Shown: one piece after another, positions 49,587 to 59,142 of the stretch
Layout of the letters: each line of letters begins with the position of its first letter
Position numbering within the stretch: the first letter of the stretch is position 1
Assembly (NCBI GenBank): GCA_965230295.1
Contig: OZ246001.1
Coordinates: forward strand, 3,616,001-3,680,000
Direction: 5' to 3'
Length of the DNA: 64,000 nucleotides
From: Marinicella sp.
Lineage (GTDB): Bacteria > Pseudomonadota > Gammaproteobacteria > Xanthomonadales > Marinicellaceae
Translations under genes and position numbers: made by a program
The notes under the pieces: model-generated
What the model saw: only the letters and a program-made list of their open reading frames with translations
Told to the model about the DNA's origin: nothing
Database searches by the model: none

Positions 49587-49684
49587 GTCATTTCACTGAT
49601 TATCGCTTTGATTTTAGAAATAGCACTTGATGTCTGTCCCCAGGCGATTTCTATAATGTGCATTCTCAAATCTGTTCACTGCAC

Positions 49685-50584
49685 ATGAAAAAAATAACAC
49701 CATTGCTATTAATCAGCACCTGTATATGGGCCAATGAATTACCAGGTATTGATCAACAGGCAAAAAACTTAACAGCCATTCAAAAGTCCTACCCGTCTAT
49801 TTCACCAGATGGTAACCAAGTGGTATATCAGACAAACCAATTTGGCCATTGGCAGCTAATGACCATGAATATAGATGGCACTGACATCAAGCGATTAACT
49901 TACAATGAAAATGATGACATCCAGCCTGTGTGGTCGCCAGATGGGAGGCACATCCTGTTCGTTTCTAACAGGTCCGGAAATGAAGATATTTTCATGTTGA
50001 ACACAGAATCAAACACAACAACACAATTGACCAATGATCCAGGCAGAGACATTCATCCCGTTTGGCACCCAAGTCTGGACCAGGTGATCTTCAATACAAA
50101 CCGGGATGATGGAGAGACATTTGAGTTGTACACCATGGACTTAAAAGACCAATCGTTGAATCGACTGACTGACAACAATCAGTCAGACACTTATGCTTCA
50201 TGGTCACCTGATGGAAAACGCATCGCATTTGTGCGCTGGACTGAATCCCCGGATGACAGCGGTAATATTTATGTGTTAACTGCCGATTTAAAAAAGCTTA
50301 CACAGGTGACTAAACACAGCGCTTTCGATGGTTGGCCCGTTTGGTTAGACAATGAAACCCTGGTGTTTTCTTCTTACAGGACAACGCCCAATCAATTGTT
50401 TAAAACCAAAGTAGATGGCAGTGAGTTGATTCAGCTCACCTTCAACGATGAAGCCAATGCACGGGCTCACGTCAGAGGCCCGCACATGGTCTATAACGGT
50501 GCAAAAGACGGTGTCATGCATATCTATCGAGTGGATAGCAATGAAATCAATACCAGGCATAAAATAAACAGCAGTGGTGATTGA
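49685..50584 (+). CDS. Exported TolB-like PD40 beta-propeller protein
   Basis: MKK signal peptide; YPSISPDG, PVWSPDG and ASWSPDG repeats. Confidence 0.87.
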   Translation: MKKITPLLLISTCIWANELPGIDQQAKNLTAIQKSYPSISPDGNQVVYQTNQFGHWQLMTMNIDGTDIKRLTYNENDDIQPVWSPDGRHILFVSNRSGNEDIFMLNTESNTTTQLTNDPGRDIHPVWHPSLDQVIFNTNRDDGETFELYTMDLKDQSLNRLTDNNQSDTYASWSPDGKRIAFVRWTESPDDSGNIYVLTADLKKLTQVTKHSAFDGWPVWLDNETLVFSSYRTTPNQLFKTKVDGSELIQLTFNDEANARAHVRGPHMVYNGAKDGVMHIYRVDSNEINTRHKINSSGD

Positions 50585-50903
50585 TTGTATCCTTGCACAC
50601 AAGCTCAAAATATAGACTACTCAAAGGTCAAAGAATTGCGGGTGTGTGGATAATGATGGTTGCACTTCGTTGTCCGTGTTTATTTTGATGTATTCCAGGA
50701 CATTGAAATAATTTCCAGACAAAATTAATCACCTGATTTCTTGTGCGCCTAAAATTAGTTTGAACCAATAAAGCTCTGATTTAACAGGCATACTGAATAA
50801 CACTTCTTGAACTTTTTTGCATTTTAATAAAGTCCAAATGAGAGCTTTTGTCTCAACTTGACACTTATCCAACACATCAATTGATTAATTAAGGAGAACT
50901 GTC

Positions 50904-52112
50904 ATGTCCAAAAGATATCTGATTACCTACAAAGAACAGAAAATAAATACCAAAACAGCCTCAAATTTGCTTGAGATGAGTGAGCAGGATTTTGATGCTG
51001 GCATCGGCATGTTGGCTGAAGGTCGCATGCAAGAAGACACACCAGTGCATCTGGATAAACTGAGCATCAGCGTGGTTTCACTTGAGGAAAGTGAGGTGAA
51101 GAAACTGTCTGCAAAGGACGAGATATTGGCCATTGAGGAAGATGTTGAAGTACGAATCCTTGGGTTTGAGTCTGAAAATGAGGAGGAAGAAAACCAACGG
51201 GTATTGGCCCATTTAAAAGAAGGAGAGTTGGCTGAACAAGTGTTGTGGAACATCGAACATGTGAAAGCGCCCGATGCATGGGCCGAAGGCATAGACGGTA
51301 GTGGCATTAACCTGGCGATACTTGATACCGGCATCGCTGCCCATCCTGACCTTGTCATCACGGGAGGAACTTCATTTGTGTCTGATGTGACGAACCCCAG
51401 CTACGATGACCAAAATGGGCATGGCACCCATTGTGCTGGCATTGCAGCTGGGAGAAGGGGGCTTAATGGTGTCTATGGCGTGGCCAAAAACTGCAACCTT
51501 TTTGCCGTCAAAGTATTGAACCAACATGGTAGTGGTAGCTTCTCAAGCATATTTGCTGGCATGAACTGGTGTATTGAAAATGAAATTCATGTGGCCAGCA
51601 TGAGTCTGGGGGCCAACTCGGTCCCGTCAGTGGCCGCTGCAAATGCGGTGAAAAACTGCCAAGACAATGGTGTCACTGTGGTGGTTGCTGCCGGCAATTC
51701 ATACCAATCAGCATTCCCATGGGTTGGCACCCCAGCCAACTCTTATATGCAGGGTGATGTGGCAGCCAGTCCAATTGCTGTGGCAGCCGTTGACAGAAAC
51801 AACCAAGTGGCACCCTTTTCATCCAGAGGAGCGCAACACAATGATCCTCGCTGGAATCAGGTCAATGTATCAGCACCTGGGGTCAACATTTACTCCACGT
51901 ACTTGAATAATGGCTACAAAGTGTTAAGTGGCACCAGCATGGCCTGTCCGCATGTGGCTGGGATGGCCGCACTGATTTATCAAAAACACAGTGGTCATGT
52001 TTCACCGCATACAGTCAAGCAGAAAATTCTGAATACCGCGCATAATCTCGGCCCCGCACCATACCCCAATGAGGCCTATGGTTTTGGACTGATTGACTGC
52101 AGTGGACTATAA
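50904..52112 (+). CDS. Subtilisin-family (S8) serine protease with I9-like propeptide, no evident signal peptide
   Basis: Catalytic triad motifs ILDTG, GHGTHCAG and SGTSMACPHVAG; AAGN oxyanion motif; AAGGAG RBS. Confidence 0.95.
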   Translation: MSKRYLITYKEQKINTKTASNLLEMSEQDFDAGIGMLAEGRMQEDTPVHLDKLSISVVSLEESEVKKLSAKDEILAIEEDVEVRILGFESENEEEENQRVLAHLKEGELAEQVLWNIEHVKAPDAWAEGIDGSGINLAILDTGIAAHPDLVITGGTSFVSDVTNPSYDDQNGHGTHCAGIAAGRRGLNGVYGVAKNCNLFAVKVLNQHGSGSFSSIFAGMNWCIENEIHVASMSLGANSVPSVAAANAVKNCQDNGVTVVVAAGNSYQSAFPWVGTPANSYMQGDVAASPIAVAAVDRNNQVAPFSSRGAQHNDPRWNQVNVSAPGVNIYSTYLNNGYKVLSGTSMACPHVAGMAALIYQKHSGHVSPHTVKQKILNTAHNLGPAPYPNEAYGFGLIDCSGL

Positions 52113-52223
52113 AAACAAGGAAACAGTGGTTGGGTTTACTGAATGGTTTTTAATGTAAACAGTTGACTTCAATTCGTTTATCATACATAAACCAGCAAGC
52201 AAACCCAACCAAGGTTAAGCAAC

Positions 52224-52466
52224 ATGAAAAACAAAAAAATTGATGCAAAACTAAAGGACAGGGCACTCGAATGTCCTGAAAAAGCGTTCAATGTCATCAT
52301 TGTATATGATGACAACTTATCGCCTGAAATATTTGACAGAATGGATTGCCGAAGGCTTATGCAAAACATCGCATCATGTTACATCACAGGACAGCAGATC
52401 ATGGAACTGGTCAAACAAGAAAAAATACACTTCATAGAAGAAGACATCAGCATCAGTACTTTGTAA
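52224..52466 (+). CDS. Small protein resembling a stand-alone subtilisin propeptide/I9 inhibitor
   Basis: FNVIIVY...QIMELVKQEKIHFIEED parallels the upstream protease propeptide RYLITY...EVKKLSAKDEILAIEED. Confidence 0.6.
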   Translation: MKNKKIDAKLKDRALECPEKAFNVIIVYDDNLSPEIFDRMDCRRLMQNIASCYITGQQIMELVKQEKIHFIEEDISISTL

Positions 52467-52836
52467 GCTCTGACACGCTTTTAAAGAAAGTACACCTATA
52501 CCAGTCAATTAAAAAGCCCCTCATAAACAATATGACATGTGATCCAAAAAAACTGACGACTAACGCGTTGTAACAAATTTCTGATTCAATCGTCTATAAA
52601 TTAGCAACTTAAAAATCAATGGTCAAAAAAGAGGAGTGCTGTTGAGTCTTTATGCATTTTTGTTTTTTTTTAAATGAAAGTGACCTCGGCCAACTGATCT
52701 ATCAAACTTGGGTTAGCACCCTATGATTCGACTTGTGATGCCTCACCATCCGAGTACGCCTGTTGAATTCTGTATCAGTTCTCCTTGGCCTTGGGCTTTT
52801 GACCTCATTAATAAATCAAACTGTACTTAAGTAATT

Positions 52837-53697
52837 ATGAATAGAATATTAGAATTTTGGAATAAGTTACCAGCAATTATTAGAGCCTTGATTGCTTTTG
52901 TCTTCGTTGCATATCTTGGATTAATAGGGACCAATGTACTGTTTGACCTTAATGACAGCATATTGCCCGATTTTCCATGGTCAGCTTTTGCGGTCATATT
53001 ATTTTTAGTCATATATGTTGCTTATTTGAAAGGTTGGGGCTGGCCCGGGATAACTTCTGAATACAGAAAAGATGCCATCTCATGGAATAAATTAAATAAG
53101 GAACAATGGAAGTGGGGTGCGCTTTGTGTCCTGATAGCTTTTATTTTTGTTCCTGCCAGTATCGCTGTCAGTTTCAGGTTCGTGGAAATATCTCCTGATA
53201 TTATTGACCGCAGTGCAGAAATTGCCGGGATGCCATTATGGGTCGCATTGGCTTACATCATTGCTCTTTCGGCATCAGCTGGTGTTTGGGAAGAGGTGGC
53301 ATTCAGGGGATACCTGCAAAAAATAATTCAAAATCAGCATGGCATTTATTGGGCAATTGGAATCAGTGCTTTGCTTTTTTGGCTGGCACATTTCAACAGC
53401 GCCAGTGGCCCTTTGCGTGTAGTAACTTTGTTACTTGGGGCTGTTATGTTAAGCACTTTGGCCTATTCGGCACGATCGATCATTCCCGGTGTTGTGGATC
53501 ACATCAGCAGTGATATTTATACAGGCTTACACACACGAAATATCATTAACCCTGATTACCTGGTTAAATTTGAATCGATTTGGAAAACCGGACTGGATGC
53601 ACACTTTGTCATATGGTCTGTTGTTCTTGTGGCCAGCATTGTAACTTTTATCCCAACCGTTAAACGTCTCTATTCAGTGACCAGGCAAGATGACTAA
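52837..53697 (+). CDS. CPBP/Abi (CAAX-type) intramembrane glutamic endopeptidase
   Basis: EEVAFRGYLQ, FWLAH, SIIPGVVDH motifs; multiple TMs. Confidence 0.9.
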   Translation: MNRILEFWNKLPAIIRALIAFVFVAYLGLIGTNVLFDLNDSILPDFPWSAFAVILFLVIYVAYLKGWGWPGITSEYRKDAISWNKLNKEQWKWGALCVLIAFIFVPASIAVSFRFVEISPDIIDRSAEIAGMPLWVALAYIIALSASAGVWEEVAFRGYLQKIIQNQHGIYWAIGISALLFWLAHFNSASGPLRVVTLLLGAVMLSTLAYSARSIIPGVVDHISSDIYTGLHTRNIINPDYLVKFESIWKTGLDAHFVIWSVVLVASIVTFIPTVKRLYSVTRQDD

Positions 53698-53855
53698 GAC
53701 GGATAAAAAGGTTACGCTACAGAATTAACAAGCAGGTGTAATAAGAGGATTCATAAACGTGTTAAACCATCGAAATTATTCGTATTTCAAATGCAAGAAA
53801 CCAGTTCCTGAAAACCCCTCCTAATTATTTAACGGTTTAATAGAATAACTACTGG

Positions 53856-53922
53856 TGTCAAATATATTTGACATCGCCCTTTGTGTCATATATTATATAC
53901 ACCATGTCAAATATATTATACC
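53856..53922. promoter_or_regulatory. Triple operator array for the downstream XRE regulator
   Basis: Perfect palindrome TGTCAAATATATTTGACA (53856-73) plus degenerate copies at 53884 and 53905, just before ATG 53927. Confidence 0.7.
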
Positions 53923-53926
53923 TGTT

Positions 53927-54343
53927 ATGAAACAATTGTCCTTTAAAGAAAAAAGCTTATGGGCCCTTCTAATTTCTTTAGTTGCGGTTTTCGGTAACTA
54001 TTACATACAGCTGAATGTTCCAGACAGTGCAGTCATCAAACGTCCCGAGATGTTCGAGTTTGCCTTTTATGCGGCATTTCTTGCATTTGTGGTTCTTCTT
54101 GGTAACTTCCTTATATCTTTCACATCCAACAAAGAGATAACTGACGAACGTCAAAAACAGATAGAAGCCAAAGCCCAATTAATAAGCGGTTATGTATTAA
54201 CCATAGGAGTATTCCATTCAATCATTGTTGCTTTAGTTGTTCCTGGTAATTTTTGGGTAGTGCATAATTTATTTTTAAGTGTACTTATAGCGGAACTAGT
54301 TAATATTGGACTACAGTTACTCTATCTGCGAAGGGGGTTCTAA
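53927..54343 (+). CDS. Four-TM membrane protein (DUF2178-like) paired with an XRE regulator
   Basis: LSFKEKSLW, DERQKQIE.KA, ends YLRRGF; TAATG overlap with the next gene. Confidence 0.75.
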   Translation: MKQLSFKEKSLWALLISLVAVFGNYYIQLNVPDSAVIKRPEMFEFAFYAAFLAFVVLLGNFLISFTSNKEITDERQKQIEAKAQLISGYVLTIGVFHSIIVALVVPGNFWVVHNLFLSVLIAELVNIGLQLLYLRRGF

Positions 54344-54561
54344 TGAGTAAAAAGTCAGCAATTACAAACCATATTAGGGTGCTGCGATTCAATAATAATG
54401 AAATGACTCAAAAATCCTTGGCTCATGCAGTTGGGGTGACTCGACAAACCATAAATGCAATAGAGCAAAATAAATACTCCCCATCTTTGGAAGTTGCTTT
54501 TAAAATTTCGGCGGTTTTTGATGTACCCTTGACTGATGTGTTTTTTTTCAATGAGGAATAA
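54343..54561 (+). CDS. XRE-family helix-turn-helix regulator
   Basis: MTQKSLAHAVGVTRQTINAIEQNKYSPSLEVAFKI. Confidence 0.93.
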   Translation: MSKKSAITNHIRVLRFNNNEMTQKSLAHAVGVTRQTINAIEQNKYSPSLEVAFKISAVFDVPLTDVFFFNEE

Positions 54562-54742
54562 CTGAATAAGCTATATATACCGCTGAGAGTGATGACATAA
54601 TTAATCAATCAAAACCAGTAAAAGTTCTCAATGTACCTGGATCATCACTAAAAAAACCAAAGAATGGAAAAAGCTTCAAGTATAAGAATGGCCCATAAGG
54701 CACCTTTGGTTGGATAACAATACAAAACAAATGCATACTTAG

Positions 54743-54958
54743 CTAATTGTATAGCGCATCGCTAATCTCCTCCTGACTATTCACCAAAAATAAAGCTATC
54801 ATCATTCGATGATTCAGCGGCTTGTATATGTTCACATTAAATTCAATGATGGCTTGTTCAGCCCATTTACATAAAAAACGCCAGATACCATTTAAATGCT
54901 TAAATATACCATTGACAACACTAATTTTGACGTACATGAACCAATAGGATACAAGGTG
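54743..54958 (-). pseudogene. Possible remnant of a RatA/Coq10-like START-fold gene (C-terminal part)
   Basis: ISVVNGIFKHLNGIWRF....EQAIIEFNV resembles RatA-type LVDGPFK.L.G.W.F....CRIEF; the N-terminal half is missing. Confidence 0.4.
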
Positions 54959-54975
54959 CTATTTAAATTTGAATT

Positions 54976-55494
54976 ATGAAGCAATTCCTTTTTTTCGCAT
55001 TGTTTATATGTGAGACCTCTCTGGCTAATAATGAACTTGATTTGAATTTTTTCCTAGGGCATTGGAGCATTGACTCAATTGATTATATTGGGCATGGAAA
55101 TTATCAAAAGTCGCACTCGAAGTCTCATGCATACTTGGTCCTAGATGGTACAGCTATTTTTGATGAATGGAGGTCATTTAACAAGGAAGGTGAGGTGGTT
55201 TTCAGGGGAGCAACATTCAGAACCCCAATGAACGATAAGAAATGGAAAATTAATTGGCTTATGTCGCATGTTGTTGGTCAGTCTGTTTTAGAGCTTGAAG
55301 TAAAAGATACTGAGCTTGAAATGAAGGGATCTGGAAATGATGGATTTGGAAACTTTTTAGAAAGGGCCCGATACTTCAACATCACTTCAGAAAGTTATGA
55401 ATTTGAGATGAGCCGTTCTTATGATGGTGGAAAAAACTGGATAGTTCCATTTAATACCTTTAAAGCAACAAAAATCAATCCAAAAAATAAGTAA
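54976..55494 (+). CDS. Exported DUF1579-like beta-barrel protein
   Basis: Signal peptide; LNFFLGHW, LDGTAIFDEW, GATFR, KWKINW, SYDGGKNW. Confidence 0.65.
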   Translation: MKQFLFFALFICETSLANNELDLNFFLGHWSIDSIDYIGHGNYQKSHSKSHAYLVLDGTAIFDEWRSFNKEGEVVFRGATFRTPMNDKKWKINWLMSHVVGQSVLELEVKDTELEMKGSGNDGFGNFLERARYFNITSESYEFEMSRSYDGGKNWIVPFNTFKATKINPKNK

Positions 55495-55543
55495 CTACCA
55501 ACAAAAACACGACCTAATAATCAACTGAACACAAAGGTGGACC

Positions 55544-58219
55544 ATGCATTTCAAAAAACTTTCACTGAATTTCTATTTAGTTTTACTCACAATAATTATT
55601 ACTGCTGTTTTAACTGTCAAAATTTTAGTTGCCAAACCAGTTCTTAGTAAAAACGAGATGGTCAGCGATTTTGATCAACTTATTACCTATATCAATGATT
55701 TTGGAGTACATAAAGACATTAACCAGATACGATTGAACATTGATTATCAAAAAATATATTCAGATTTAAGAAAGCAAATCACAAAGAATACAGATATTTG
55801 TGAGTTCAGAGAAATTCTTGAGAAGACTATCAACTGGGTTCAAGATGGGCACGCATCTTCTATGGATTATGAGTATCTATCCAATTACGGCAAATATCAA
55901 AGTAAGTACAATTTTACAAATGATGAAAAGTTCAAGGATGTTAAAACCATCGAGAAGCATTGTGATTCGAAAGCCCCTTCTTTGACCTTGCCTATACACT
56001 ACATTGATGGAAAGTATCATTTCTTTACTGATTTCAAATACCAAGGAAATGAAATTAATGTTGGTGATTATATAACGCATTACAACGCAGTTCCGATTGA
56101 CTATTTTGTCAGTAATAACTTAGATAAAATTAGCCCGGTGAGATGGGATGCACAGAAAAACGAAACCTACCACCCTTCTTTCTATAAATTTGGAGACGCT
56201 GTGTTTGATTTGAAAATTCAATCAAATGGAGAGGAAAAAAATATCCGTTTTGATTTAAATACAGAGTCATCATATAAGGAAGAATCGAATAGATATAAAT
56301 ATTACTCTCAAAAAGAAGCCAATGTATTTGCTCTGGATGACGGTGATCTTTTGTATATTTCAATCCCTTCAATGGATTTGAAATTGGCTGAGGTCATTAT
56401 GACAAAAGTTGAGAAACTTTATAAAAAGCACAAAGAGTTTGGGAAAATTGTGATTGATATCAGAGGAAACCCTGGTGGAAATGATCAGACATGGCATGAA
56501 ATCTTGTCTGAACTGATCAGCCAACCTATTACACTGAAGCTGGATTTAAGATTCAAACACACCGAAGACTCAATAGAGAAATATGCTGAAACTGCCGATA
56601 AAAATAGTCAATGGTATCGTGACAAGCATGATACAACCCCAATTGAAATTGATATCCTCAACAACAACAAATATTGGATAGTTGATAGCAAAGAATTGAG
56701 TCTTCCGCCAAAAAATAATTCATATAAGCATCAAGGAAAAATATTTATATTACAAGACCGATACATCTATTCTTCCGCCACAAATTTGTCGAGAGCCAGT
56801 CTGTTTAGTGATCAATTGATCTCAATAGGTGAGTCCACTGATTTGATAGGAGGCATTCAAACAGAACCTTTGTTTATCAAACTGAATCATTCAGGAATCG
56901 TCTTTAGGATCGAACCATTATTAGATTTTTCTGGTGTGAGTAAATTCGAGGACTTGTTCCATAACAAAGTAGAAGTGCCGAGGTTTTATACATCACAAGA
57001 ATTACACCAAAGACAGGAAAGCAAAGAAGATGTTTTTGGTCAAAGCTATTTAGAGCAACATGATCCGTTCATAAAATTAATTAAGGCTCATGACGGTATA
57101 GTTGATGACTTTGCCGAAATTTCTAATGTAGGCAGAAAAGAAGCCATATCTAGGTGGTTCGAATCAATCAATGAAAGTGACTTGGAGGGACTAGAGGCTT
57201 TATACGATTCAGAAAATTATGATATAGGGGATTTTATTGCTTATGGTCAGATGGTTGGTGGCCTGACGCCAAAGTTGATTTCCTATCAGTCGGGCCCTGA
57301 ATATGGAATCTATGCAACAGAAAACAATTCAAACAATTGGGTCTTGGTTGGTTTAGGTTTTGATGGCGAAAAAATTATACACACTGATGTTAAAAAGAAA
57401 TCTAAACCAGTTCTCTCCCGGCAGACAAGGCTCAGTGATGAAAGTGCTAAGATAAAAATTATCAACCATATTTCTGACCAAATTCTCAATAATTATGCCA
57501 ACGAGAAAGTCAGAAACTCGTTGGCGAATGATATAAAAAATCTTGCCAATGATAGAAGTTTAACATTGACCAGACACAATGATCTGTTTGCCAAAAAAGT
57601 TACTGTGAAACTCCGCGAAATATCCAATGATAAACATTTGGAATTGGTTTCACCTATTCAAATACAGGCCATAAACAAAAGGTTCCATTCTGAATCGAGT
57701 GTACAAGACCCAAATGAGACCTTTTTTATTTATGAAAAAAAAGAAGGTTTACCAATAATTTCCATCAATAGATTCTCAGACATTGATGCTTTTAAATCTC
57801 AAGCTGTTGCGGTCTTTTCAAAACTCAATGAATCTGAAGCAAGCTTTGTCATTAATTTGATCAATGGTGAAGGAGGAGACAAAACTGCTGTTAATTATGT
57901 TATACAACTGATTGAATCTCTAGACTCATTTAGAAATAGAAAGTTTGCAGTTTTGTTAGGGAAGAAAACATTCTCAGCATCCGAATATTTGGCCTATTAT
58001 TCAAAAATTAATTGGAGCAACTCTGTCAGAATTGGACAGAGCACAGCTGGGGCAGGGTATCAAGTTGACGCATTTCCAGTTGGCGCTGGGTTTTATTTTG
58101 TCAACTCAGTAAAAAACCCTCTTGGTGATGCGAGTTGGGAAGGAAAAGGCATTTCTCCTGACATCATTGTTCCTGAGGAAAATGCAACAGAAAAGGCAAT
58201 AAACTTTCTGAATCAATAA
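55544..58219 (+). CDS. Exported protein with two S41-type peptidase domains
   Basis: DGHA, IDIRGNPGG, YSSATN and IGESTD (domain 1); DKHL, KTFSASE, IGQSTAGAG and WEGKGISPDI (domain 2). Confidence 0.8.
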   Translation: MHFKKLSLNFYLVLLTIIITAVLTVKILVAKPVLSKNEMVSDFDQLITYINDFGVHKDINQIRLNIDYQKIYSDLRKQITKNTDICEFREILEKTINWVQDGHASSMDYEYLSNYGKYQSKYNFTNDEKFKDVKTIEKHCDSKAPSLTLPIHYIDGKYHFFTDFKYQGNEINVGDYITHYNAVPIDYFVSNNLDKISPVRWDAQKNETYHPSFYKFGDAVFDLKIQSNGEEKNIRFDLNTESSYKEESNRYKYYSQKEANVFALDDGDLLYISIPSMDLKLAEVIMTKVEKLYKKHKEFGKIVIDIRGNPGGNDQTWHEILSELISQPITLKLDLRFKHTEDSIEKYAETADKNSQWYRDKHDTTPIEIDILNNNKYWIVDSKELSLPPKNNSYKHQGKIFILQDRYIYSSATNLSRASLFSDQLISIGESTDLIGGIQTEPLFIKLNHSGIVFRIEPLLDFSGVSKFEDLFHNKVEVPRFYTSQELHQRQESKEDVFGQSYLEQHDPFIKLIKAHDGIVDDFAEISNVGRKEAISRWFESINESDLEGLEALYDSENYDIGDFIAYGQMVGGLTPKLISYQSGPEYGIYATENNSNNWVLVGLGFDGEKIIHTDVKKKSKPVLSRQTRLSDESAKIKIINHISDQILNNYANEKVRNSLANDIKNLANDRSLTLTRHNDLFAKKVTVKLREISNDKHLELVSPIQIQAINKRFHSESSVQDPNETFFIYEKKEGLPIISINRFSDIDAFKSQAVAVFSKLNESEASFVINLINGEGGDKTAVNYVIQLIESLDSFRNRKFAVLLGKKTFSASEYLAYYSKINWSNSVRIGQSTAGAGYQVDAFPVGAGFYFVNSVKNPLGDASWEGKGISPDIIVPEENATEKAINFLNQ

Positions 58220-58499
58220 AAATCCTAGATAACACCAAATAACATGATTTGAAGCTAAATTATTGATTCAATTGACGTTGTCAGTAATTAAACCCAGGAG
58301 TTGGTATAGATGTAACTATTCCCACGTTTAAGTTCTTTGGCATTAATGCGCTGTTGCTTCACATGCTTATTTCAACCGTTTACACCTGAATTACATCTAT
58401 GCACGGTGGACTGCTGATAGATTAATTTAAATTACAGAATAATTGTCAGTGTCAAAGAAATACTGATGAACAGTTTTTTTTAATTTTAAGGTGCTTTTT

Positions 58500-59054
58500 A
58501 TGAAATTGTTATTCGCAGGATTGATCACTATTCTTAGTCAAACATTAAATGCCAAAACAGATTATGAATTTAAGTTAGGTCATTGGCAAATTGAAGCTCA
58601 ATCGATGAACCCCGATAAATCCCACAACAAAGGATATGGGTATGGCTATGTTTATCAAAACCAGGTAGGACTGATTCAAGACAACCTTTGTATTGATATG
58701 AATGGCGTTTCAGACGTGATAGGCACGACTTTAAGAACTTATGATGAAAAATCTAAAAAGTGGAATGTCAGATGGCTCGCATACGGGGCTTCATCAGGGA
58801 TAGGTGCCGGTATTGCCACAAATGTCAATGGATCGGTGGTTGAGGCATTTGAGGGGAAAGACACTTATGGCAGATTCATAGATGAGATGAATTTTAAGAT
58901 CCATTCAGTAGATTATTACGAGGCTAATTTAAGCAGAACTTATCTAAATGGCAACATTAAAATTGATTGTATTTGGTGCTATAAAGCCAAACGTTCAAAG
59001 TCAAAAACAGATGCGGTCTGTGATTTAACCCAAAAGTCTGATTCTGATATGTAA
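58500..59054 (+). CDS. Exported DUF1579-like beta-barrel protein
   Basis: Signal peptide; YEFKLGHW, LIQD, GTTLRTYD..KWNVRW. Confidence 0.6.
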   Translation: MKLLFAGLITILSQTLNAKTDYEFKLGHWQIEAQSMNPDKSHNKGYGYGYVYQNQVGLIQDNLCIDMNGVSDVIGTTLRTYDEKSKKWNVRWLAYGASSGIGAGIATNVNGSVVEAFEGKDTYGRFIDEMNFKIHSVDYYEANLSRTYLNGNIKIDCIWCYKAKRSKSKTDAVCDLTQKSDSDM

Positions 59055-59142
59055 TTTGTTGATTCAACTCATGTATAAGACTTGAAAGGGTTCTGTTGCT
59101 TGTTATCTTTTGCGAATTTAATTGTTTAATCTATTAATAATT

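Noticed and set aside
52675-52810. Slightly GC-richer intergenic patch, possible decayed IS transposase tail
   Set aside because: The resemblance needs several frameshifts, and no terminal inverted repeat was found.
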